Of a stretch of 64,000 nucleotides of DNA, positions 1-11,797 are shown in pieces. Source of the stretch: Sminthopsis crassicaudata (taxonomy: Eukaryota); contig NC_133617.1 of NCBI RefSeq assembly GCF_048593235.1, forward strand, positions 72,686,937 through 72,750,936. The letters run 5' to 3'. The position numbers and the translations under genes are program-made. Below the pieces are notes generated by a model, which was not told the DNA's origin, ran no database searches, and saw nothing but the letters and a program-made list of their open reading frames with translations. How positions within the stretch are numbered: position 1 is the stretch's first letter; the number at the start of each line of letters is the position of its first letter.

Positions 1-338
1 TATCCATCTTTCCACTGAGCCCTCTAACTGCTCCTCCTCTCATTTTCCTAATTTTGTTACATTTACTTTTGATCTTTGTCACTGTTCTTCCCATTTGCAT
101 GGTTTTGATCACTGTGTATGTTGTTCTCTTGGCTTTACTTACTTCTCTGTGCATCAGCTCATATAAGATCTTTCCATGTTTTTCTTCATTCATCATAAAA
201 TATCCTTTCTTACAGCATTGTAGTATTCCCTGACATTCATGCACCACAATTTGTTTGGCCAGCTCTCCCAATTGAGGGGCATATATTTTGTTTCCAACTC
301 TTAGCTATCACAAAAATGCTGCTATAAATATTTCATGG

Positions 339-386
<48 letters not shown>

Positions 387-597
387 CCATGATTTCCTTG
401 GGGGAATATAAAACCTAGTAATGTAGTCTGGACATATTAGTCTCTGCTTCTAATACTTACCATCTGGTGATTTAGTCAATTGATATATTTACCATGATTG
501 AACTTAGTTGTCTCCCCCACTAGACTGTGGGCTTCTTGGAGAACGAGAGTAACATATTTGTGTCTCTAGCTAATACCACAGTATCGGTCTATATAAT

Positions 598-780
598 GGG
601 CAGCTAGGGAGCACAATGGATGGAGTAACTTATCTTCCTGAGTTCCAAGCTGTGTGACTCTGGGCCAGTCATTTAACCCAGTTTTCCTCAGTTTCCTCAT
701 ATGGAAAATGACCAGTACTTTTGCCAAGAAAACCTCAAGTAAGATCACAAGGATATGACTGAACAACAATCAGGCACAGA
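598..780 (+). mobile_element. MAR1/MIR-type CORE-SINE
   Basis: GGGCAGCTAGG 5' end, CORE CTCAGTTTCCTCAT, and tail CTTTTGCCAAGAAAACC...GACTGAACAACAA. Confidence 0.7.
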
Positions 781-2184
781 ACTGACTAGAGTCTCAGAAT
801 TATTGTAAAGACAGAAAGCAATAATGTGTGTAAAATCCTTTTTAAAACCTAAAGCCTATATAACTCAGATGTTATTAAAAATCCCTGAGGAAAGCCTCTA
901 ATGCATTTGGGGATGTCTTCTATGAAGGATTTATGAAAAAGATGTGGAATGACACAGAAAGATGCAGTTACTTCTATGAGATCAAAATCCCTCAAAATAG
1001 TCATTTAGGGCACATGAAGATTTACAGAATGTTTTTCTCACAGTGGTACTGGGGGGTTGCCAATGTAAGGCTTCTTGTCCCCATTTTGCATGATGACATG
1101 GTGAGGGGGGAGGCTAAGAAAGGGGAAATCTCTTGTCAAGGCCTCAGGGCCTATAAGTGGTCCTGACTCCCACCCCCAGCAGCTTTTTCTTTATCCTGCC
1201 TTGTTGGCTGCTGTTGGGAGAATTCCAGACACTCTAGCTCTGGGTGGCCATACACAGAATACACAGAATTTCCTCACCCTACCTCCAGCAGAGCAATTAT
1301 CCATTGTCAGCACCTCATCAATCTCCCTCCCCAGTTCTTTCATCAAACTGGGTGGTTTGGGGGCAGGGAATGCAATAACCTTAAGCTTCCGCCCCAAAAT
1401 TGAGGGTGGAGACTTTTCAACAATATATACTGTAAAATGGCATTCAAAGGCTGGCTCTCACAGGCAGGAGGGATGTATTTTGGGAAAAGGAGATAATTGA
1501 GCATATGACTGAAGCAGAGTTTGATTGTACTCTAAGAAGGAATGGGACAAATTGTGAGAAATTTGGTTCTCTATATGAATTAGTACAGAATGAAGTGAAC
1601 AGAATCAGAAGGACAATTTATTCCATCACTATAATAGTGTAGGGGATTGTCCCACTTCAGAAACAAAGAATGGGGATACTAGAGGGTGCAGTGGATGGGA
1701 TTAGGAGGATCTGGATTCAAGCCTCAGATACTTGACACTAGCTGTGTAATCTAAGGCAAGTCACCTGCCACTCACACATACACACTCATAGACACACAAA
1801 AGGACAAACTACAACATTACAAAGAAAAAGACCGAAAGAACCCAGAACTGTGAGTGAAGCATGAGGAGGTATATCCTTCACCCTTTGGCAGAGAGTTGGT
1901 GGAAAAGAACTATGGTTTTCCCTGTGTGGCTCAGAATCCCCATGAGGATTTGAAAGAATGGCCCAAGAGAAGCCTGAAGTCAGGAAGATCCAAATTCAAA
2001 TTTGACTTTAGATATTTACTGGTTGTATGATTCTGGGTCACTCAATTTCTATCTTCCTCAATTTCCTCAACTGTAAAATGGTTATTGTGCTAGCACCCAC
2101 CTTTCTGGGTTATTGTATCAAATGTGATATTCGTAAAAGGGCAGCAGCGTGACACATAGTTGTCCAACTCTTCGTGACACCCAA

Positions 2185-2965
2185 TTTTTTTTATTAAAGC
2201 TTTTTATTTTCAAAACATATTCAAGGATAATTTTTCAACATTGACCCTTATAAAACCTTGTGTTCCAAACTTTTCTCCCTTTCCCCCCACCCACTTCCCT
2301 AGATGGCACGTCATCCAATATATGTTAAACATGTACAATTCTTCTATATATATTTCTACAATTATTGTGCTGCAGAAAAAAAAAATCAGATTAGAAAGGA
2401 AAAGATGAGAAAAATGCAAACAACAAAAAAGTGAAATTATGTTATGATTCATACTCAGTTCCCATAGTCCTTTCTCTGACTTCAAATGGCTCTCATCACC
2501 AGATCATTGGAACTAGTCTGAATCATCTATCTCATTGTTGAAAAGAGCCACGTCTATCAGAATTCATCATCGTATAATATTGATGTTACCATGTATGATG
2601 ATCTCCTGGTTCTGCTCATTTCACTCAGCATCAGTTCATGTCTCTCCAGGCCTTTCTGAAATCATCCTGATGGTCATTTCTTACAGAACAATATTATACC
2701 ATAACATTCATATACCACAATTTATTCAGCCATTCTCCAATTGATGGACATCCATTCATTTTCCAGTTTCTGGCCACTATGAAAAGGGCTGCCACAAACA
2801 TTCTTGCACATACAAGTCCCTTTCCCTTCTTTAAGATCTCTTTGGGATATAAGCCCTAGTAGAAACACTGCTGGATCAAAGGGTATGCACAGTTTGATAG
2901 CTGTTTGGGCATAGTTCCAAATTGTTCTCCAGAATGGTTCATATAGTTCACAATTCCACCAACAA
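2185..2965 (-). mobile_element. L1 3' fragment inserted into a MAR1-type SINE
   Basis: T-rich tail at left, ORF2 C-terminal remnant (GCTGCCACAAACATT...TAGTTCCAAATTG); SINE sequence flanks both sides (about 2150-2180 and 2965-3145). Confidence 0.7.
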
Positions 2966-4589
2966 TTGGGTTTTTCTTAAAAGATACTGAAATGGTCTGG
3001 CATTTCCTTCTCTAACTCATATAGATGAGGAAACTGCAAATAGGGTTAAGTGACCTGTTCTGGATCACACATGTGTCTTGAGGTAAGATTTGAACTCAGA
3101 TCCTTCTGACTCTAGGTATGGTACTTTTACTGTGCCACCTACCTGTCCCGCTGGCCTAGCTGACACATAGTAGGTACTTAATGCTTATTTCCTTCTACTC
3201 TAAAAAATTCTTTAACGGTGCCTTAATCAGTAAATATTTGCAGAATGAGTAGCATATTAAATTATTTGGAGAGTTCACAACATATTTCGATGTTGTACAT
3301 CCTCAAGTATGTCAAGTATCTCGTAATTTGTTGTTCCACTATATATTTGATATACAGGAAGGTTTCTATTTGTAAGGGGGAGGAGTTGGTAAACAGTGAT
3401 AGATTTAAGAGGGAAGAAAGCATCAATAAAACATTTTAAAAGTTAAAAAAAAAAAACTGTTGATCTAAAACTTTTGAAAAGTATCTGGTTTTCAGAACTA
3501 TTTTTCTGCTGCTGTAAAAGTCAGCAAATAGTAGGAATGTAGATATCTTTAATATGGATGTAGCAGATGTCCTCTCCCCCAATACAGAATTATTTTAAGT
3601 CTGAATAATTGCAAAGCTGTTTATAAAAAATTTAAAATGTGAAAAAAGAGGAAAATAAAAGGTGGAAGGAAATTTTTAACTGCAAAAATTTAACACACAC
3701 ACACACACACCCCAATGGGAGAATTCGCTGCTGAAGAGCCTTGTTGGACTGAGGTCTCTGGCCCCTTCCTTTGTATGGGTTTTCCAAATACTATAGTCTT
3801 AGTTTAGGTTGTACAATATACACCATTACCCTGGACCCCGGGGAACTCAAGAATGGAAAGAACTAGGACAGAGGTCTCTTCAAAAGGACTTTTCACTAAC
3901 ATAGAGCTCTTTCCTTTCTTGTACTGAGTTGGGCTATGCATCCCAAGTCAAAGAGGTGGAAGACAATAAAAGGGATGGGAGCAGGTTGATGGGGGAGGAG
4001 GGGAGAGGAAAGGTAAGAAATTTTTCATTTTTCAGAAGTGAAAACTGAGGCACAGATTGGTGATATAATTTCAGGTTCTGATGGATCCCTGTTGCCCCTG
4101 TAAGACCATCATAGTCCATCTACAGCCAGTCATTCTGGGCAGATCTCTGGGGTCACTCAAGGGTCCACCCAACATCCTTTCCTTCCGACATTCCTAGGAC
4201 ATCAGGGCAGCCAGCCAGCTGTCCAGAAGTTGACTCTGGCTCCAGCTCTCTGCCTGGCTGCTTTTTTTTCCAGAGGAACTTTTCTCTGATACCCATTACA
4301 CCTCTTAGCCTGTTTAACTCCTCCTTGGGAATGTATTACAGTGAAAGGACACTAAATTTGTCAAAATCGGAGGAAAACAAGACTACCAAGACCAACTCCA
4401 CTGCTGTGTGACCTTAGGAAAGTCACTTCCCGATTTTCAAGGCTTCAGTTTCCCCATCAAAAAAAGGAGGAAGTTCAACTAAGAAAAAAAAAAAAATGAA
4501 GCCCCTCCCTATTCAAAATCCTAGGACCCTGGGCTGGCTCCCCAACCCCGCCCCAGGGAGGAGGAGAATTTCTGTCGGCAGAAAAAGTT

Positions 4590-4660
4590 GCTCACCTGGG
4601 TCACCTCCCCTTTAAGAGCCGCTCACCTGGACCTGAGCTCCTACCTGGGTGAGGTGACGC
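4590..4660 (+). promoter_or_regulatory. AP1M2 proximal promoter with clustered E2-box (CACCTG/CACCT/TACCTG) sites
   Basis: CACCTG at 4593-4598 and 4624-4629, CACCT near 4602, TACCTG 4642-4647, AGGTG near 4652, TTTAAGA near 4611, 90-155 nt upstream of the ATG. Confidence 0.55.
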
Positions 4661-4747
4661 TGCCTTTGCAGGAAGGAGGAAGCACTGAAGATCTCCTCCC
4701 CGCCGTCCCTAGCAAGGCCTCTGCTCTGTCCAGACCCTGCCCCCGCC

Positions 4748-7700
4748 ATGTCTGCCTCTGCGGTCTTTATTCTGGACATGAAGGGGAAGGTGAGAAAGAG
4801 TTGCTTTCCGGGGGTTGGGGCATGAAAGTCCTGAACATGTAAGACCTGTGGGGTGGGGGGAGGGGTGCAGGCAATTCCCAGACAGGCTGCCTTCTGCTGT
4901 ACCCGCGGTCCAGTCCCAGCAGGGCCCAGACGTCCCTTCTCTGGCTGGAGGAAAGAATCTGGGTATCCTGGGTAACCAGCCTCCTGGGCCCATCACTGGC
5001 CCAGATGTTGGACAGCTGGGCTGGCCCGCCTGAGGGAAAGGGGAAGAAAGAGAGTTCCCTGGGAAGAGAGCCTTCCTCTCTTTAGCCCCATTCCCTTGGA
5101 GAGCCCTCAGGTCCTCCTTCCCTCCATCCCAGGTGAGCAGACAGGCAGATTCTCCCCTGGTTGGGATGAAAGTGCCGAGACTGCTAAGGAAGGGGGGAGG
5201 TGTTAGACTGGGGAAGGACCTCACCCCCTTTCTTCTCTCCCATTGACCAGCCCTTGATTTCCCGGAACTACAAGGGGGATGTGAACATGGCAGAGATTGA
5301 CCACTTCATGCCCCTGCTGATGCAAAAGGAAGAAGAGGGAGCCCTGACTCCACTGCTGACCCATGGCAGGGTGCACTTCCTGTGGATCAAATATAGCAAC
5401 CTTTACTGCATCCTTCCTCCTGCTAGGACCTAGGGACAGGAAAGGAGATAGAGGGCAGCAGGCTAGAGCTGCCTCTGGGTTCTGTCCTGGATTATGACCT
5501 TGTCTGCCCAACCTGCCTGACCCTCCAGCCAAGACCTAGGACCACTAATCTGGGGTCTTCAAACCCCTTCTTATAGTTATAAAATAGTTTTTATGGTTAT
5601 GAAGTACATGAGGTCATCAAATCCCTTTTTATGGTTATGAAGTACTTGGGATAGTCAAACCTCTTTTTATGGTTATATTTGGGGTCTTCAAATTCCTGTT
5701 TATGATTATGAGGTATTTGGGGTCTTCAAACCCCTTATAGTTATGTAGTTGGGATCAGCAAATCCCTTTTTATAAATTATTTGGGGTCTTCAAACTTCTT
5801 ATAGTTATGAAATAGTCGGGGTCATCAAACCTCATGATTATGAAATATTTGGGGTCTTCAAACCTATTTTTATGGTTATGAATTATTTAGGTCTTCAAAC
5901 CCCTTATGCTTATGCACTTGAGGTCTTCAAATCTCTTATGTTCATGAAGTATGTGGGATAGTTAAATCCTTTTTTATGGTTATGAAGTACTTGGAGGTCT
6001 TCAAACCTTTTTATGGTTATCAAGTATTTGAGATCATCAAACCCCTTCTTGTGGTTATGAAGTTGTTGGGGTCAACAAATCCCTTTTTATAAAGTATTTG
6101 GGGTCTTCAAATTATTATTTAGGTCTTCAAACCCCTTCTTATGCTTATGCACTTGAGGTCTTCAAACCTCTTTTATGTTTATAAATTATGTGGGATAGCC
6201 AAATACTTTTTTATGGTTATGAAGTACGTGGAATCTTCAAACCCTTTTTTGTCCTTATGTAGTAGTTGGGTTCATCAGACATCTTTTTATGGTTATGAAG
6301 TATTTGGGTCTTCAAATCCTTTTTTATGGTTATGAAATAGTTGGGGTCGTCAAATCCCTTTTTATGGTTAGGAAGTACTTGGGAGATCTTCAAACCCTTT
6401 TTATGGTTATGAAGTATTTGGGGTCTTCAAACCCCTTTTTATAGTTAAGTATTTGGGATAGTCAAAACTCCTTTTTATGATTATGAATTACTTGAGATCA
6501 TCACACCTCTCTGTATAGTTATGAAGTACTTGGGGTCTTCAAACCCTTTTATGTATATGAGGTATTTGGGGTCTTTAAACCCTTTTTATGGTTATAAAGT
6601 ATTTGGAATAGTCAAACCCCTTTTTATGGTTATGAAGTAGTTGGGGTCTTCAAATCCTTTTATGATTATGAAGTACTTGGGATAGTCAAACCCTTTTTAT
6701 GGTTATGAAGCATTGGGGGGGTCTTCATGCCCCTTTTTATCCTTATGAAGCAGTTGGGGTCATCAAACACCTTTTTATGGTTATGAAGTATTTGGGGTCT
6801 TCAAACTCCTTTTTATAGTTATGAAGCATTTTCCATACATTTTTGTCATGGGATGTTTAAAATGATGTAGCCAGAGTCACACAAAAGTATTGGAAGCAGA
6901 CAATGAAATGGACTCTAAATGCAACACTCTTTCCATTGCACCAAACCTTCTTTCCTCCCCTACTTTTGAACCAGCCTTCAGCTTTTGCTCCTAAGATTGA
7001 GAGTAATTTGAGGTCATCTAGTCAAATTCCCTGAGTTTTACAGAGAAGGGTCATAACTAAGGCTCAGAGAGGATCGCCTCCCTAGTCAGCTGCAAATTAA
7101 TATTCAGATCCAAGCTCCCCTGATTGTGCTTCTTCCACCGAGCCTTAGTACCCCAACCAGGAGCCTGAATGGGCACTTCTTCACATAAGGCTGGACAGGA
7201 GCTTCCTCCAACTGTGGTGTGTGGTAGGACCCCGCTGGGGGGCCACTTTCCTGCTTTGTCCCATCCCCACCCCTCTGTACTGGAACCTTTTCCTTGACCA
7301 GATTGCCAACAGTGGTGGCCACTACACTCAAGAATGCCAACGCCTCCCTGGTATACTCGTTCCTCTACAAGGCTGTGGAGGTGAGCACTCTGCCCCCATT
7401 TTCCCTTCCCCGACTCCTCAAAAGGCCCCATCAGGTCCTCCTGAGGGTGCTGACCATCCCTCCTCCCCGCACCCCATCTACTTCACATCCCTACAGGTGT
7501 TCTCTGAGTACTTCAAGGAGCTCGAGGAGGAGAGCATCCGAGACAATTTCGTCATTGTCTATGAGCTGCTGGATGAGCTCATGGATTTTGGCTTCCCACA
7601 GACCACGGATAGCAAGATCCTCCAGGAGTAAGTGGAGCTGGGCTGGGGCCCCATCGGGTTTTAGGGGCTTTCGTACACAACTATTATTTCCCTGAGACTC

Positions 7701-10700
7701 TGGCAAAAGATCTCAGGGCTCTTCCGCTCTCCAGTTCCTAATAAGCTGCACTTCTCCCTTTGCTCTTTCTACCAGCACAGGGGAGGCTGATTGTAGAAGC
7801 AAGACATACCATAACTGAAGGACCTTTTGTTCTCGAGTCATTTCTGTCCTGACCCACTATTTGTGGTCCCCTAGGGCATTTCCTTGGCAATACTGAAGTG
7901 ATTTGCCATTTCCTTCTCCAGGTCATTTTACAGATGAGGAAACTGAGGCAGCTAAATGACTTGTCCAGGATCACACAGTTAGTGTCTGAGGCTGGATTTG
8001 AAGTCAGGTTCTTCCTATTCCAGGGCTAGTACCCTGGAAGGGCCATTTGAGCTCATAAATTCCAACCTCCTCAGTTCTCATTTTACAAGTGGGAAATCTA
8101 GGGGTCCAAAGACTATTCCAGCATGGACACTTACTGTCTGGGAGAACTTGGCTAAGTGATTTGACCTCCCTGGGCCTTAGTTTCCTCATCTGTAAAATGG
8201 GATGATTTCTAAAATTCTTCTCAATTTTCAATCTATGATTTACCTCCTGGGGAAAAGAAAGGCTACCTTTTGGTGGGCCTGCACTGGAGTTCTCACTCTG
8301 TCTTTTGGCATTTGTAAGCCACTTCTCTTCTCTGAGATTATTGATTTATCTTCAAAATGGAGATATTTTACTATAGATCCTCACAGAGTTAGTGTAGGAA
8401 AAAGTGGGGACATTCTAGGGATAAAAAAAAAAGCGGGATTTGTAGTAAGGGGGTCATGTTCAAATCCCAGCTCCAATAGTCTCCACATTGATGACTGGGC
8501 AATCAAACAAGGATTATTATTGTCTACTATAAGGCAATGACTAGGTAGCCCAGTGGACAAAGCCTGGGTTCTAGAGTCAAGAAGCTGAGTTCAAATCTAG
8601 CCCCCAGTACTTAGTTGTGTAACTGGGTAAATCACCTTGTCTGTTTCAGCTTCCCCATCTGTAAAATGGGGGTGCTAACAGTACCTCTCAGGCTTGTTGT
8701 GAGGATCAAGTGAGATCATACTGGTAACCGCGCTGGAGGCCTTTCCAGAGGGGAGGTAGAGAGAAGAGAGTAAGAACATGGACTCCTCCCCTTTCCTCCT
8801 CCAGGTATATCACCCAGCAAGGCAACAAATTAGAGACGGGAAAGTCCCGGGTGCCCCCAACAGTCACCAATGCTGTGTCCTGGCGCTCGGAGGGCATCAA
8901 ATATAAGAAGAATGAGGTTTTCATTGATGTGATTGAGTCTGTCAATCTACTGGTAAGCCCTTGGGACGCCAAGGGGCAGATGCAGTGGGGATAGGAATTA
9001 TCAGTGGGTGGAACAGGGTGTGCTCCCCCTCAGTGGTGCTGCTGTTCGGGAGCGGAGCCAGGAGAATTGGAGTCCTCTCCCCTCCCCCGCTGACTGCCCT
9101 TTGTCATCAGGGTCCTCTCCCCTCCCCTGCTGACATCCCTTCCACATCGGTTCAGGTCAATGCCAACGGCAGCGTGCTGCTGAGCGAGATCGTGGGCACC
9201 ATTAAGCTGAAGGTGTTCCTGTCGGGCATGCCGGAGCTGAGACTGGGCCTCAATGATAGGGTGCTTTTTGAACTCACTGGCCGTAAGTTTCTGGGCTCCA
9301 CTTCCTCCCCAGGAACTCGTTTCTAGGCCGTCCTTGAAGGGGAAAGCATAGAGGGGAGTATTATGGACAGCCCTTGGGGAGCCTGTTGCTAGGGTGGCTA
9401 TCACAAGTGGCCTGTGCTGGAAGTTACTGAGAATTTGGGGAGCATGACGTTTTAGGGACACCCTGCAGAATGTTGGAATGCTCTAACAGGGAATACCAGC
9501 CTTGGGGATGACTAGGGGCATTAGAGTGATCCTTGAGTGAAGAAATCAAGGTTATGTGGAGCCAAAAAGCCTGCCTGGGTTCAAGTCTTGGGAATTCTGC
9601 CGACTCCCCATGTGAACTTGGGCAAATTATGTCTTTTCTACGAGTCTCAGATGCTTTACCAATAATACAAAGATTTTAGACTAGATGCACTTTCAACATA
9701 TTGCACTGAAATTAAAGCTGGAATGAACCTTAGGATTCCTAACTTGGGATCTGTAAACTTTTTTTTTTAATTTTGATTATTAATAATTAAAGATATTTCT
9801 ATAATGTATTTCCTCATAATCCTATATGTTTTGTTAATGACATTGTTTTAGGAGTTATTTTAGAAGTTTACACCTTTTCCAGCCTACCAAAGGACTTTCT
9901 GACACAAGAAAGTTAAGAAACCTTGATCTAGTTCTAACTCTCTCATTTTACATAGGAGAAAACTGAGGCTCTGCTAAGTAACATGACTTTGAATCAGCTC
10001 CAGATGGTGTGGTCCAACTAAAACAAGTTTCCTCGTCTTTGAGTTTCAGGCAATAAAAACAAGTCTGTGGAACTGGAAGATGTTAAGTTCCATCAGTGCG
10101 TTCGGCTCTCTAGATTTGACAATGATCGAACCATCTCCTTCATCCCACCCGATGGGGACTTTGAGCTCATGTCTTACCGGCTCAATACCCAGGTGGGTCT
10201 CCCCATTTAAGTGGGCTCTGGCCCCAGCCCTGGTGTTTTTTGGAGGGTCTTGTTTAATCCTGTGCCCTAAGGTTGTGTTTTGGGGACTCTCTCCCTGTAG
10301 GTAAAACCACTCATCTGGATCGAGTCTGTCATTGAGAAGTTCTCCCACAGCCGTGTGGAAATTATGGTTAAGGTAGGGAGAGCCAGTTCTGGGATTTGGG
10401 GAAAGGAGGCTACCTGGAGGGTGCTGGGCTTGAGCTGGGTCCTGAAGGACAGGGTGTCTGGCTTGGTGGAGGGGTGGGAGAAGTAGGGAGCAAAACTGCA
10501 AAGGCAGGGTGGTCTAGCAAGGTCATGTATGGAGGAGTGCTTTGCGGGTCACCGCCATGGAGACATTGCCCTGCCTGGAGTGCTGGATGGAGGAGGAGGA
10601 GGAGGAGGGGCGGTGGAAAGCCTGGAGGGATGACCAGCAGAGGAAAAGGATGTAGAAATGTCCCAAACCGATGAATCTTGCCTTCTTTCCCCACCTCCCC

Positions 10701-11763
10701 CAGGCAAAGGGGCAGTTTAAGAAGCAGTCAGTGGCCAACAGTGTGGAGATTGCCGTCCCCGTGCCCAGCGATGCAGACTCCCCTCGATTCAAAACCAGTG
10801 TGGGCAGCGCCAAGTATCTGCCCGAGAAAAACGTGGTTATCTGGAACATCAAGTCCTTTCCTGTGAGAGCCGGAGGAGCAGTGGGGGAGGAGCGGGGCCG
10901 GAGCGCGAGGGTCGGGGATAGCACTAGGAGCCGCTCCCTAAGCTTTGGTGCAGTTGGGCGGGCTGGACCCCAAGGAGGGAGGGGCTACGAGCACGTTTTA
11001 AAGTGAACCCCCTGGGGCTGACCAGAAAGCTCCTGCGGGACACCTGTGGAAATCCCAGCTCCGCTGTTTCCTGTCTGGGCGACCTTGAACGAGGCTCTGG
11101 GACCCGGTTTCATTTCTTTTCTTGGAGGGATTGGGTGGTGATTCTCTCGAGGTCTGGTCCAGTGTTCAAATCTGTGTTCTACCCAGTAGCACGGGGTCCC
11201 GGGGCACAGTCCCGCCCCTCCCCTGCTTGTTTGTCTGTCCGTCTGACCGCGCGTTCTTCCGACCTCCAGGGGGGAAAGGAGTACCTGATGAGGGCCCACT
11301 TTGGCTTACCCAGCGTGGAGAAGGAGGAGGTGGAGGGCCGGCCTCCCATCTCTGTCAAATTTGAGATTCCTTACTTCACTGTCTCTGGGATCCAGGTAAG
11401 AGGGAGGGAGGCGGAGCTCGGGAAGGGGGGAGAAGGGAAAGATGAGCCCCGGGCAGTGACTTCCATACTCATTCATTCACTGCCCCCCATGCAGAAAAAC
11501 GGGGCAGCGGGGTGGTGCAGCAGGCAGCCAGCGCACCGCCCGCACTGAGGAAGGTTTGGATTAAATTCAGAGCCACTCTGGTCTCCTTGTCCCCCTAGAC
11601 AAGGTTGGTCCCGCAGAGCCGGACGGCCCCCATACAACCTTACCTTATTGATCTCCACCTCCCGGGAAGATGGGGACTGTTACTCCCAAACTGAGTCTGA
11701 ATTCAGGGACTCCAGAGCGCCACCTAGCTGACAGAGGAAAACAATTACATCAAAATCATCACA

Positions 11764-11797
<34 letters not shown>

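Noticed and set aside
5552-6830. CRISPR-like appearance (palindromic repeat plus spacer)
   Set aside because: The spacers are themselves near-identical, the DNA is a mammalian intron, and no cas genes are present; it is a minisatellite.
5552-6830. Tandem snoRNA or miRNA cluster
   Set aside because: No C box (RTGATGA) or D box (CTGA) pairs per unit, and stems of 5 bp are far too short for pre-miRNAs.
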